NCBI GenBank assembly: GCA_043732705.1
Contig: JAYTHE010000032.1
Coordinates: 66,005-130,004, forward strand
Direction: 5' to 3'
Origin: Candidatus Omnitrophota bacterium
GTDB taxonomy: Bacteria > Omnitrophota > Omnitrophia > Omnitrophales > Aquincolibacteriaceae
DNA length: 64,000 nucleotides
Shown here one piece after another: positions 29,503 to 39,080 of this stretch; the stretch's first letter is position 1, and every line of letters begins with the position of its first letter. A program made the translations under genes and the position numbers. The notes beneath the pieces are model-generated. The model made no database searches, was not told the origin of the DNA, and worked only from the letters and a program-made list of their open reading frames with translations.

Positions 29503-30930
29503 ATGGCCAAGATGGAAGCGGATATTGTTGTATTAGGCGCGGGCCCCGGCGGTTATGCAGCGGCTTTTTATGCCGCTACAAAAGGACGTAAAGTTTTATT
29601 GATCGAAAGAGACACCCGTTTGGGCGGCGTTTGTTTAAATCGCGGTTGTATTCCATCTAAAGCCTTGTTACATGCGACAGCGTTAATGAGCGAGGCCCGC
29701 GAAGGTGTTCATTGGGGAATTGAATTCAGCGCTCCTAAAATTAATTTAGAAAAATTACGTGCTTGGAAAGAATCTGTTTTAAGTAAGTTGTCAGAGGGGA
29801 TCCGGGGGTTGGCGAAACGCCGCAACGTGGAAGTGATTCAGGGCCGCGGTCATTTTGAAGGCAATAATGTTCTGCGTTTAGAAACTGAAGACGGACAAAA
29901 GTTTATTCATTATAAAAAATTGATAATGGCTGTCGGTTCCTCACCGGCATTACCGGCTGTTTTTGATTTGGGTAATAAGCGCATCATGACTTCAACGGAA
30001 GCTTTGGAACTTGAAGAAATCCCCGAAACATTGCTGGTTGTCGGCGGCGGTTATATCGGAATGGAATTAGGAACAGTTTATGCCGAGCTCGGCAGTAAAG
30101 TCACCGTTGTTGAAGCATTGGACACGATTCTGGCCGGCGCCGATCAGGATTTAGCGCGTCCGGTACAAGAGTATGCCAAGAAGAATTTTAAAGAGGTGCG
30201 TGTTAAAGCTAAGGTTTCCAAAATGGCAACGCATGGCAAGCAAATTAAAGTTGTTATGGAATATGAAGGCAAAAAGCTTGAAGAAACATATGACCGTGTT
30301 TTGGTTTCGGTGGGGCGTGTGCCGAATACGGGCGACTTAGGTTTAAAAAGTACTTCGATTCAGCTTGATCCCAAGGGTTTTATTAAAGTCAATTCCGGAC
30401 AGCAAACAGATGATCCGGATATTTATGCCATCGGTGACGTTGTCGGTGGGCTAATGCTGGCCCATAAGGCTTCAAAAGAAGCGCGTATTGCCGTTGATCA
30501 GGTTTGCGGTGAAAGCAGTGTTTTTGAGGACGTTGTCATTCCCGCGGTCGTTTTCACTAATCCCGAAGTGGCTTGGTGTGGTTTAACTGAGTCGGATGCG
30601 CGTAAGAAGAATATTGCCGTTGAAGTTGTTAAATTTCCTTGGGCTGCCAGCGGACGCGCAATGACTTTGGACCGCACGGATGGTTTAACAAAACTTATTA
30701 TTGAACCGGGAACCGATCGGATTTTAGGAGTGGGCCTGGTAGGCGTAGGCGCGGGCGACATGATTGCTGAAGGTGTTTTGGCGGTTGAAATGGGCGCGAC
30801 AGCACTTGATTTAGCATCTTGCGTCCATCCGCATCCGACGCTTTCAGAAACTTTGCAGGAAGCCGCGGAAATGTTTTACGGTCACTCATCTCATGCTTAC
30901 TCGCGTCCTCGGGACCATGTTGGGGTTTGA
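29503..30930 (+). CDS. lpdA: dihydrolipoyl dehydrogenase E3
   Basis: GAGPGGY FAD motif, redox disulfide GGVCLNRGCIPSK, C-terminal HPHPTLSE. Confidence 0.9.
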   Translation: MAKMEADIVVLGAGPGGYAAAFYAATKGRKVLLIERDTRLGGVCLNRGCIPSKALLHATALMSEAREGVHWGIEFSAPKINLEKLRAWKESVLSKLSEGIRGLAKRRNVEVIQGRGHFEGNNVLRLETEDGQKFIHYKKLIMAVGSSPALPAVFDLGNKRIMTSTEALELEEIPETLLVVGGGYIGMELGTVYAELGSKVTVVEALDTILAGADQDLARPVQEYAKKNFKEVRVKAKVSKMATHGKQIKVVMEYEGKKLEETYDRVLVSVGRVPNTGDLGLKSTSIQLDPKGFIKVNSGQQTDDPDIYAIGDVVGGLMLAHKASKEARIAVDQVCGESSVFEDVVIPAVVFTNPEVAWCGLTESDARKKNIAVEVVKFPWAASGRAMTLDRTDGLTKLIIEPGTDRILGVGLVGVGAGDMIAEGVLAVEMGATALDLASCVHPHPTLSETLQEAAEMFYGHSSHAYSRPRDHVGV

Positions 30931-30974
30931 CCAATAATAGTTTTGAATCGGTAGTATAATATCTCAGGTAAAAA

Positions 30975-31448
30975 ATGCGCCCCATACAAGAACTTGTAAA
31001 AAATATTAAAATCGGTCAAATCGTTAATCCACGGTTGATCCAAGCCCCGCCTGAAATTACTGTTCGCACTGCGGTTGAGATCATGCAAAACAACAAATCA
31101 GGCTATATTGTAATTGCTGATCACCAAAGAAAAGTGGTCGGAATTTTTACCGAAACTGATGTGCTGCAAAAAGTTTTTGGAAAAAAAGATGCATGGGAAA
31201 AGCCCGTGTCACAGTATATGACTCAAAATCCCAAAGTTCTCAGCGTGCGTGATACGGTCGGCCAGGCGATTGAGCTCATGGGTAAAAATCACTTTTACCA
31301 TATTCCGCTTGTGGACGAAAAGGCGGCACTTGTGAATGTTATTTCGGTGCGGACACTGATTCGATTTTTGGCGGAGTTTTACCCGACGGAAATTTATAAT
31401 TTGCCGCCCCGATATAATCAGATTATGGAAACCGCAGAGGGCGGGTAA
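30975..31448 (+). CDS. CBS-domain pair protein
   Basis: Two CBS motifs, ~157 aa. Confidence 0.7.
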   Translation: MRPIQELVKNIKIGQIVNPRLIQAPPEITVRTAVEIMQNNKSGYIVIADHQRKVVGIFTETDVLQKVFGKKDAWEKPVSQYMTQNPKVLSVRDTVGQAIELMGKNHFYHIPLVDEKAALVNVISVRTLIRFLAEFYPTEIYNLPPRYNQIMETAEGG

Positions 31449-31460
31449 AGCGATTTTTTT

Positions 31461-31500
31461 GTTTGCTGAGCAAGCCTCAGCAAACACTTTTAGAATTTAT
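31461..31500 (+). terminator. hairpin (possible terminator/attenuator) in the kor leader
   Basis: gtttgctgag-caagc-ctcagcaaac 10-bp stem; more hairpins follow before korA. Confidence 0.45.
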
Positions 31501-31572
31501 TTTACGTTTGCGATCCTCGATAAAACTCGGATCGCAGTTGCGCGAAGCGCAGAGCAAATAGGAAATAATAGA

Positions 31573-33438
31573 ATGGATACTGAAAAAGAAACGAAGCATG
31601 TGCAGAAGCAGGAGCCTCAGGAGCTTTCCGCGATTACAGTGAGATTTGCAGGCGATTCCGGCGACGGAATGCAGCTGACAGGTGATCAATTTACTGACAC
31701 GACGGCGATGATGGGCAATGACTTTGCAACGTTTCCGGATTATCCGGCTGAAATTCGCGCTCCGGTTGGTACGCTTCCCGGAGTGAGCAGTTTTCAAATT
31801 CAATTTTCTAAATCCATTATTTTTACTCCGGGCGACATGTCGGATGTTTTGGTCGCGATGAATCCTGCCGCGCTCAAAGTTAACCTTTCCAATATTAAGA
31901 AAAATGGTTTGATCATTGTTAACTCGGACGCGTTCAATGAAATCAATTTGCGGAAATCTGCCTGGAAAGTGAATCCGCTTTTAGATGAAACGCTTAAAGA
32001 TTTTCAAGTTATCAAGGTTCCGCTTTCAGAACTGACAAAAAACGCGCTTAAAGAACATCCGTTGAAGCTGACAGAAGTTGACCGCTGCAAAAACTTTTTC
32101 GCGTTGGGAATGATGTTTTGGCTTTATGACCGGGTTTTAGATCACACCGTTGATTGGATTACAAAAAAGTTTGTAAAAAAACCCGAGATGGTAAATGCCA
32201 ATGTGGCCGCACTTAAAGCCGGGTACAATTTTGCTGATATCACCGAAACTTTGCCGACTCAATACCGGATTCCTAAAACAAAAATGGAGCCGGGCACTTA
32301 CCGTAAAATTTCAGGCAATGAAGCAACCGCGATTGGGTTGATTACTGCCGCGCAGCTTGCGGGCAAGACTCTTTTTTATGGTTCCTATCCCATTACGCCT
32401 GCAAGCAATATTTTGCATGATTTGGCACGCTACAAAAATTTTGGCGTGCGGACTTTCCAGGCTGAAGATGAGATCGCCGCGATGGGAACAACCATTGGCG
32501 CGGCCTTCGGCGGTGCGATCGGCGTTACGGGCACCAGCGGCCCGGGAATTTGTTTAAAGTCCGAAGCACTTGGTTTGGCTGTTATGGCCGAACTTCCCGT
32601 GGTTGTGATTGATGTGCAGCGTGGCGGGCCAAGTACCGGTATGCCCACAAAAACCGAACAAACAGATTTGTTGCAGGTGATGTTTGGCCGCAACGGAGAA
32701 TCTCCTGTAGCGGTTGTTGCACCCAAGACGCCTTCGGATTGCTTTGCGATGGCGTTAGAAGCTGTGCGCTTGGCTTTGACGCATATGACACCGGTTATCT
32801 TTTTGTCGGAAGGTTATTTGGCGAATGCGGCGGAACCCTGGAAACTTCCTAAAATCGAAGATCTGCCAAAAATCGAAATTAAGCATCCTGTTGCTGAAGA
32901 GGGTAAACCTTTTTATCCGTATGCGCGCGATGAAAAGACATTGGCCCGTCCCTGGGCGCTTCCGGGAACGCCAGGGCTTGAGCATCGCATCGGAGGGCTT
33001 TCGAAAGCTGATTTAACCGGGAACGTAAGCTATGACCCTGAAAATAATCAAAAGATGATTAATTATCGTGCTGAAAAAGTGGCGCGCATCGCGAATGATA
33101 TTCCTGAAATTGAAGTCCGCGGCGAGCAGAAAGGGAAATTGTTGATTTTGGGATGGGGTGGAACCTTTGGCGCGATTTTCCAGGGAATGGAAGAGCTTGC
33201 AGGTCAGGGTATTCATGTTTCGCATGCTCATTTAAATTATCTCAATCCGTTTCCAAGAAATTTAGGCAAGGTGCTTTCTAGCTTTGAGAAAATTTTAATT
33301 CCCGAATTGAATATGGGGCAGCTTTTAATGTTAATTCGAAATGGCTTTCCCGGAGTGAACGCGGTGGGTCTGAATAAAGTCAAAGGTTTGCCGTTTCATG
33401 GTGCCGAAATCGCCGAGCGAGTGAAGGAGCTTTTATGA
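31573..33438 (+). CDS. korA: 2-oxoacid:ferredoxin oxidoreductase alpha(/gamma) subunit
   Basis: POR N-terminal and domain III regions; RBS-supported ATG at 31573 inside the longer track ORF. Confidence 0.85.
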   Translation: MDTEKETKHVQKQEPQELSAITVRFAGDSGDGMQLTGDQFTDTTAMMGNDFATFPDYPAEIRAPVGTLPGVSSFQIQFSKSIIFTPGDMSDVLVAMNPAALKVNLSNIKKNGLIIVNSDAFNEINLRKSAWKVNPLLDETLKDFQVIKVPLSELTKNALKEHPLKLTEVDRCKNFFALGMMFWLYDRVLDHTVDWITKKFVKKPEMVNANVAALKAGYNFADITETLPTQYRIPKTKMEPGTYRKISGNEATAIGLITAAQLAGKTLFYGSYPITPASNILHDLARYKNFGVRTFQAEDEIAAMGTTIGAAFGGAIGVTGTSGPGICLKSEALGLAVMAELPVVVIDVQRGGPSTGMPTKTEQTDLLQVMFGRNGESPVAVVAPKTPSDCFAMALEAVRLALTHMTPVIFLSEGYLANAAEPWKLPKIEDLPKIEIKHPVAEEGKPFYPYARDEKTLARPWALPGTPGLEHRIGGLSKADLTGNVSYDPENNQKMINYRAEKVARIANDIPEIEVRGEQKGKLLILGWGGTFGAIFQGMEELAGQGIHVSHAHLNYLNPFPRNLGKVLSSFEKILIPELNMGQLLMLIRNGFPGVNAVGLNKVKGLPFHGAEIAERVKELL

Positions 33439-34472
33439 GTCCCGAAACATTAACACCGGCACCGGTGCCGTATCAAAAAGCGGACTTCGAATCCAATCAA
33501 GAAGTCCGTTGGTGTCCCGGTTGTGGCGACTATTCGATTCTTGCGACAATGCAGAGAACTTTAACCAAGTTCAATCGCCCGAAACACGAATATGCTTTTA
33601 TTTCTGGCATTGGCTGTTCAAGTCGCTTTCCTTATTACATGAATACGTATGGATTTCATACGATTCATGGGCGCGCGCCCACAATTGCGTCCGGCTTGCG
33701 CTGCGTGAATCCGAATCTTTCGATTTGGGTCATTACCGGCGACGGTGATGGCCTCAGTATTGGAGGCAATCATTTAATTCATTGTATGCGCCGCAATATC
33801 AATCTGAATATCTTGCTTGTGAATAATGAGATCTATGGTTTGACCAAAGGTCAATATTCACCGACTTCGCGTGTCGGAACAGTGACCAAGTCAACGCCGA
33901 TGGGATCGATTGATTATCCGTTGAACGCGCTTTGTGTTGCGATCGCTTCGGAAGCGACTTTTATCGCGCGCACTTTAGATTCGGATCCGAATCACATGAG
34001 CATGATTATGGAACGCGCTGAAAAACACAAAGGTGTTTCGTTTGTGGAGATTTTACAGAACTGTGTTATTTTTAATGATAAGGTTCACGCGCCGGTAGTG
34101 GCCCGCGAAAACCGCGAAGACCGCATGATTTACCTTGAGCATGGCAAGCCGCTTCTGTTCGGAAAAAATAAAGCGAAGGCGATTCGGCTGAGCGGGCTGC
34201 GCGCAGAGATCGCCGATGCAAACGATGCGGATGCTAAAGAGCATTTACTAATTCATAACGAGAAAGATGCGACCCCGAATTACGCGTACTTGCTGACGCA
34301 GATGACTTATCCGGAAATGCCGGTGCCTTTCGGTGTTTTTCGCGATATTGACCGTCCTACTTATGATGAACTGATGCTCGGCCAGGAAAAGGCGGCATTA
34401 GAAGCGCGCGGCAAAGGCGATTTAAAAAAATTGATTTACGGTTCGAATACTTGGGAGGTAAAACCTACATGA
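33435..34472 (+). CDS. korB: 2-oxoacid:ferredoxin oxidoreductase beta subunit (TPP-binding)
   Basis: CPGCGD...GDGD TPP motif; ATGA overlap with korA. Confidence 0.9.
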   Translation: MSPETLTPAPVPYQKADFESNQEVRWCPGCGDYSILATMQRTLTKFNRPKHEYAFISGIGCSSRFPYYMNTYGFHTIHGRAPTIASGLRCVNPNLSIWVITGDGDGLSIGGNHLIHCMRRNINLNILLVNNEIYGLTKGQYSPTSRVGTVTKSTPMGSIDYPLNALCVAIASEATFIARTLDSDPNHMSMIMERAEKHKGVSFVEILQNCVIFNDKVHAPVVARENREDRMIYLEHGKPLLFGKNKAKAIRLSGLRAEIADANDADAKEHLLIHNEKDATPNYAYLLTQMTYPEMPVPFGVFRDIDRPTYDELMLGQEKAALEARGKGDLKKLIYGSNTWEVKPT

Positions 34473-34984
34473 TTCTTCATCGTAAACCCGGCGATTCTCA
34501 CGAAAATTCAGTGAAGCATGTTTTTCATCCGGGTGACAAAGTTCCCATGAGCGCGGGCGCTCAGCGGAGTCCGTCTGACGAATACCAAAATATTATGATG
34601 GAAAAGCCGGTTTCTGAACTTCTTAGTAAGAAAAGTTTTTTGTATGTTCTGCCCTCTGACTCGGTTGAAAAAATCGTTCATATTTTGCAAAAAGAAAAGC
34701 AAAGCGCCGTTCTCATTATTCAGCATGAACGTCTCATGGGGATTGTCAGTAAACGTGATCTTTTGCGAAGAACCGCGGGAAATGAAACCAAGCTTTCGAG
34801 TATGAAAGCTTTGGACGTGATGACCGCCAACCCTGAGATTGTAAAAGCAGCTGACCCGCTTTCTTTCGCGGTTAATAAAATGGCCATGGGCGGCTTTAGG
34901 CATTTACCGGTTTTATCTGAAGAAGGGGATCCGATCGGGATTATCTCGATTCAGGATGTATTGAGTTTTTTAGCTCAGCTTTAA
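34469..34984 (+). CDS. CBS-domain pair protein
   Basis: Start overlaps the korB stop with a strong RBS (gggagg); two CBS motifs. Confidence 0.7.
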   Translation: MILHRKPGDSHENSVKHVFHPGDKVPMSAGAQRSPSDEYQNIMMEKPVSELLSKKSFLYVLPSDSVEKIVHILQKEKQSAVLIIQHERLMGIVSKRDLLRRTAGNETKLSSMKALDVMTANPEIVKAADPLSFAVNKMAMGGFRHLPVLSEEGDPIGIISIQDVLSFLAQL

Positions 34985-34992
34985 CAGTTTCT

Positions 34993-35023
34993 TTTTTGCC
35001 TCTGTGCTTTGGGCACAACCGGC
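34993..35023 (+). repeat. intergenic motif family copy 7
   Basis: ttttttgcctctGTGCtttggGCACaaccggc. Confidence 0.55.
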
Positions 35024-35063
35024 GATTTAATTTCTCATCTATTTCTCGACCTTTTCATATCAA

Positions 35064-35107
35064 GTGCCCGTAGCTCAGTTGGATAGAGCAACAGATTTCT
35101 AATTTGA
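35064..35107 (+). pseudogene. 3'-truncated tRNA-Arg(TCT): acceptor 5' strand, D-arm and anticodon arm only
   Basis: GTGCCCG-TA-GCTCAGTTGGATAGAGC-A-ACAGA-TTTCTAA-TTTGA; no T-arm or 3' acceptor strand follows. Confidence 0.6.
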
Positions 35108-35584
35108 TTCAGCTGTTTTCATAACTACTTAAAAAATAACGCTTTTTATTGTCAGTTCAACACTTGCGCGAAAATCTCTTGTTGATTAATATACTCTAAA
35201 ATGCCCAATTTACCGAAGTTAGACAGGGGACAGGTACAAAAGCAGGTCTGTTTGCAGGAGTTTTCAGGGTATCTCCTTATCCTGATCAAACTAGCCACTG
35301 CTATAGAATATAGAGACTTTCTCTATACGAGGGCAGGTTGGTTGAACTCCATTTTTTAATATTAGCTTTCACTAACGATGAAGGCAAGTTTTGAGCATGA
35401 AGCTGTTGCTTCAGTTCAAAGATATGTCAGACCGAAGGCACATGGTACCACCCGCAAAAGAAATCAATCTTTTTTTTCAAGAGAGTGATATGCAAATGCA
35501 ATGATTCCGAACGCAATAAGCAAAACTGCAAAAATTGCATTTTGGTTCATAAAAAAACTGATTTTATACCCTGATTTTTAGCAA

Positions 35585-35734
35585 TTAAAGTTTTTTATTT
35601 CCACCGATAAGATTAACCAACACCATGACCACGGCAACAACGAGCAGGATATGAATAAATCCACCCATGGTATAACTGCTTACTAAACCCAAAACCCATA
35701 AAACTAAAAGCACAACAGCAATTGTGTACAACAT
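35585..35734 (-). CDS. lmo0937-family small membrane protein (49 aa)
   Basis: MLYTIAVVLLVLWVLGLVSSYTMGGFIHILLVVAVVMVLVNLIGGNKKL read from the minus strand; below the ORF-track cutoff. Confidence 0.55.
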   Translation of the reverse strand: MLYTIAVVLLVLWVLGLVSSYTMGGFIHILLVVAVVMVLVNLIGGNKKL

Positions 35735-35752
35735 ACACGCTCCTTATAGTTG

Positions 35753-35788
35753 TCGCATCCGAGTGAAAATTTTTTCACTCGGATGCGA
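35753..35788. terminator. perfect palindromic (bidirectional) terminator downstream of the BON gene
   Basis: tcgcatccgagtgaaaa-tt-ttttcactcggatgcga. Confidence 0.65.
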
Positions 35789-35797
35789 AGTTTATTC

Positions 35798-36592
35798 TTA
35801 GATATTTTTAGGAGTGTTAACTGACATATTGTTGACGATGCTTTGAACGCCGACAATATCGCTCGTGAGTTTTGTCACGAGGTCTTTTTCCGCGCCATTT
35901 TTAGCGTCACCGTTTAATGTCACGATACCGTCCTTGGTCGAGACGGAAGTTTTAACTGCGCTCGTAGAGCGATGAGTCAAAAGCGCCATTTTAACCTGAG
36001 CGGTAATCGACGCATCATCAATTTTCTCTTGCATCGTTTGTTTTGTATCTCCCTTGACCGTTTGATCCGAATTACTTTGTGCATTTGCGACAGTCATTTC
36101 ATTTTTAACTTCCCGAACACCTTCAATATCCGCGTATTCAGCAGTCAATTCCTTTTGAGATTCGCTGGCCGCTTCTCCGCGCAATGTGACAATGCCTTCC
36201 TCGACATACACCTGTGTGTTCGTGGCGCTTACATTTCGGTGGAAGAGCAGCGCAGCTTTGATATTCAGCGCAAGCCACGCATTCGATTTTTCGTCCGGAT
36301 AGCCTACTTTGAGTTCTAAGAGGTTATCAACTTTGGTAACGCCCGGCAGATTGGATACAGTTTCTTGAGCCAATGCTTTGTGGGATTGTTGATTGACTGT
36401 TCCTGACAAGGTCACCATACCGTTTTTGGAAGTCGCTTTGACAGCGTCCTCTTTGAGGTAGGTTTTGAACACATAGGATTCTTTAGCGGAGGACTCAATA
36501 CGATCATCCATTTCGGAAGCACGAAGCGGCGTGCTTGCTGACAGAAGAGCCATTACAGCCACGGTTAGAATTCGTTGATAATTAAATTTCAT
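35798..36592 (-). CDS. periplasmic OsmY-like protein with three BON domains
   Basis: Signal peptide plus three repeats of GxVTLxGxV...xVxGVxxVxNxL; RBS aaggatgg before the ATG at 36592. Confidence 0.8.
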   Translation of the reverse strand: MKFNYQRILTVAVMALLSASTPLRASEMDDRIESSAKESYVFKTYLKEDAVKATSKNGMVTLSGTVNQQSHKALAQETVSNLPGVTKVDNLLELKVGYPDEKSNAWLALNIKAALLFHRNVSATNTQVYVEEGIVTLRGEAASESQKELTAEYADIEGVREVKNEMTVANAQSNSDQTVKGDTKQTMQEKIDDASITAQVKMALLTHRSTSAVKTSVSTKDGIVTLNGDAKNGAEKDLVTKLTSDIVGVQSIVNNMSVNTPKNI

Positions 36593-36658
36593 AGAACCAT
36601 CCTTCGTTTTTAGTTTGTTTTGCGATCCGAGCATCATGGCTCGAAAGAAAGTAAAAAA

Positions 36659-36674
36659 CTATGGGGTTAAACCC
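36659..36674 (-). promoter_or_regulatory. GGGG-N4-CCCC-ATA regulon motif copy (upstream of the BON gene)
   Basis: Minus strand GGGTTTAACCCCATAG, ~62 nt upstream of the BON start. Confidence 0.5.
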
Positions 36675-36783
36675 TATTGCAACCTTTTATTGAACGTAAG
36701 GGTTTGCCTGATAGGCCGATGTAGGCAATCGGCTTATAGTTACATGGATTTGATCCAAAGAATTATCGCAGCCGCCGGGCAGG

Positions 36784-37557
36784 GTGTTTATGCCGAAAAA
36801 GTTAAAACAGATGATTCTCAAGCATAAAGTTGTGAGTAGAAGACTCGCAACAAGAGAACAGCATTACAGTCACTTGCTGGAGCAGTCGCGCTACAGTGAA
36901 AAGCATTTTCGCCGCCTGGCCCGCCAGATTCTTCTGACGCAAGAAAAGGAACGTAAACAAATCAGCCGCGAGCTTCACGATGGAATCGCCCAGACTTTGG
37001 CGGGAATCAATCTTTATCTTGAGACGCTCAAGGTCAAGACCGCCGTCAGTGGCAATGGCTCCACAAAAAAAATCACGCTTGCCCAAAGTCTTGTCGAAAA
37101 ATCGTTGAAAATCGTGCTGGGCTTTGCTCGTGACCTGCGTCCGACGCTTTTGGATGATTTGGGGCTTTTCCCTGCTTTGCAAGCGCATATGAAAAGCTTT
37201 ACAAAACGCACCGGTATTTTGATCCGTTTTAAAACTTTTCAAGGTGAGGAGAAATTAAACAGTGTTAAACGCACGGTGCTTTACCGCGTTGCGCAAGCCA
37301 CTCTTGAAAATGTCGCACGGCATGCGCAGGCGAGCCTTGTGAAAATTAAAATTCAAAAAATAACCCGCTTCATTCAAATGGAAATCAAAGATAACGGAAA
37401 ATCTTTTCGAGTTAAGAACTTGTCACCGGTTACAAAAAGTAATCGGTTGAGTTTGCATGGTATGCGTGAGTATGTTGAGATGGTAGGGGGGCGCTTTACC
37501 GTAAAATCTATAATGGGCATCGGCACAACGGTTAAGGTTGAGGTTCCATTCCTATGA
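36784..37557 (+). CDS. cytoplasmic sensor histidine kinase, HisKA_3 (NarX/DegS-type) + HATPase_c
   Basis: Phospho-His box ELHDGIAQTL; no TM segments; coiled-coil N-terminus. Confidence 0.8.
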   Translation: MFMPKKLKQMILKHKVVSRRLATREQHYSHLLEQSRYSEKHFRRLARQILLTQEKERKQISRELHDGIAQTLAGINLYLETLKVKTAVSGNGSTKKITLAQSLVEKSLKIVLGFARDLRPTLLDDLGLFPALQAHMKSFTKRTGILIRFKTFQGEEKLNSVKRTVLYRVAQATLENVARHAQASLVKIKIQKITRFIQMEIKDNGKSFRVKNLSPVTKSNRLSLHGMREYVEMVGGRFTVKSIMGIGTTVKVEVPFL

Positions 37558-38243
37558 AAAAAAACACCGCGAGGACCACAGTTTTGCTTGTGGATGATCA
37601 CGCTGTGCTCCGTGAAGGGCTTCGGATGGTACTGGAAGCCGAAAAAGATATGCACGTCATCGCCGAGGCTCGCAGCGGGCGTGAGGCTGTTGAGTTTGTT
37701 AAACAGTTTCGGCCCGATGTGGTTGTCATGGATATTGCCATGCCGCTTCTCAATGGATTTGAAGCCGCCAGGCAGATCATAAAATCTTTTTCCGCCACAA
37801 GAATTTTGATTCTTTCGGCCTATAGTGATGATGAGTACATTGATCAAATGATCGCGATCGGTGTCGCCGGGTACTTGATCAAACAAAGCTCCGCGCAGAT
37901 TTTATCTAAAGCAATACGAGAGGTCAGCAAAGGCCGCTTGTTTTTCAGCGCGGAAATTGCAAAGCGCCTCGAAGAGAAAAATAAAAAGTCATTGGGGCGC
38001 AATGGAGTCCTTAAAAATAAAAATATACGATTGAGTTCGCGCGAAGCCGAAGTCCTTCAGCTGATTGCTGAAGGCAAAGCGAATAAGGAAATTGCTTCAG
38101 AATTAACGATTAGTATTAAAACAGTCGAGAAGCACCGCCAACATCTGATGGAAAAACTCAATATTCATGATACCGCCGGGCTGACTCGCCACGCTATTTC
38201 TGCGGGAGTGATTGAAAGTAGTATTCAGTTGCCCGTTCGTTAG
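37554..38243 (+). CDS. NarL/LuxR-family response regulator (REC + HTH)
   Basis: Receiver Asp in VVVMDIAMP; C-terminal LSSREAEVLQLIAEGKANKEIASELTISIKTVEKH. Confidence 0.85.
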   Translation: MKKNTARTTVLLVDDHAVLREGLRMVLEAEKDMHVIAEARSGREAVEFVKQFRPDVVVMDIAMPLLNGFEAARQIIKSFSATRILILSAYSDDEYIDQMIAIGVAGYLIKQSSAQILSKAIREVSKGRLFFSAEIAKRLEEKNKKSLGRNGVLKNKNIRLSSREAEVLQLIAEGKANKEIASELTISIKTVEKHRQHLMEKLNIHDTAGLTRHAISAGVIESSIQLPVR

Positions 38244-38288
38244 GCTCCTGCGGAAAGATGATTGTTTTCAACTCATTAGGGGAATACC

Positions 38289-38303
38289 CCATATTGTCTG
38301 TCT
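38289..38303 (+). promoter_or_regulatory. GGGG-N4-CCCC-ATA regulon motif copy
   Basis: GGGGAATACCCCATA, then 21 nt, then TACGAT; ~55 nt upstream of 38358. Confidence 0.5.
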
Positions 38304-38357
38304 TGTTTACAGCATACGATCTTGTCCAAGAATGGTTTTCAACCTAAAGAGGAATGA

Positions 38358-38699
38358 ATGAATAATCCTGAAGCAAAGACACCGCTCGCCACCAAAGCAT
38401 CGCAATCAAATTTAAAGGATGTCGAAAAAGTTAACCGCAACGAAAAAGAAGCCGGATCTCGAGAAGATTGGGAGGGGGGCGCATCACGTCCAATGGACGC
38501 GATAGTTCCGGAGGAAAAACTTCCCAATAGCAGCTCCGCAAAAAATTTACAGGCTCAGGCTGAAAGTGTTCCTAAAACACCGAGTGGTGATAATGGGCCG
38601 CCCGAGAATCTGCAATCTCTCCCAACTCAAGATACGCATACAGTGAGTCCGGAACAAGAAGTTGAAAATAAGCCCAAGCGGCAGCGACTTCCTTTTTAA
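38358..38699 (+). CDS. intrinsically disordered hydrophilic protein, SREDWEGG / GPPxNLQSLPTQxTH family, paralog 1
   Basis: Low-complexity, highly charged; shares two blocks with 50468..51049. Confidence 0.55.
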   Translation: MNNPEAKTPLATKASQSNLKDVEKVNRNEKEAGSREDWEGGASRPMDAIVPEEKLPNSSSAKNLQAQAESVPKTPSGDNGPPENLQSLPTQDTHTVSPEQEVENKPKRQRLPF

Positions 38700-38732
38700 G
38701 CGGTAATTTTCTCCGATCTAACCTTGCCCTGA

Positions 38733-38747
38733 GGGTAATACCCCATA
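38733..38747 (+). promoter_or_regulatory. GGGG-N4-CCCC-ATA regulon motif copy
   Basis: GGGTAATACCCCATA, then 22 nt, then TATGAT; upstream of the lipoprotein gene at 38822. Confidence 0.5.
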
Positions 38748-38821
38748 GTTTCATTGATGGACTTAGTCCTATGATCAACTCTGACAACAAAAGCCTGCCC
38801 ACAGGCAGGCAGGAGGAAAAT

Positions 38822-39058
38822 ATGAAAAAATTATTAGTCGCTTCTATGATTTTATCGGTGGCTTTGGGACTGTCGGCGTGTAGTGGTGCGTTTTGGGGCG
38901 GTGCGGGCGGCGGAACAGCTGCGGCAGGCGCGGGCTATGAAGTTAACGCAAAATTAAAGATGGACCAGCTGAAGAAAGATCTCGCTGCAGGTAAGATCAA
39001 TCAGGCTGAATACGATATTCGCGTCGATCAAATTAAAAAAATGTCGCTGATTTATTAA
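38822..39058 (+). CDS. small lipoprotein with Gly/Ala-rich linker and SHOCT-like C-terminal motif, paralog 1
   Basis: Lipobox LSAC; ...LKKDLAAGKINQAEYDIRVDQIKKM; RBS caggagg. Confidence 0.55.
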   Translation: MKKLLVASMILSVALGLSACSGAFWGGAGGGTAAAGAGYEVNAKLKMDQLKKDLAAGKINQAEYDIRVDQIKKMSLIY

Positions 39059-39080
39059 TCGGCATTTAAAAGGGAGCGTC

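Noticed and set aside
31459-31572. Longer korA start in the track
   Set aside because: The extension covers a terminator-like hairpin and further leader hairpins. A conserved N-terminus begins at the ATG at 31573.
35064-35140. A complete tRNA-Arg at 35064
   Set aside because: Sequence 3' of the anticodon arm cannot form a T-arm or pair with the acceptor 5' strand. Called a truncated pseudogene instead.
35468-35554. Minus-strand 28-codon hydrophobic mini-ORF (MNQNAIFAVLLIAFGIIAFAYHSLEKKD)
   Set aside because: No RBS, no recognisable family, and it lies in an AT-rich region where short ORFs arise by chance.
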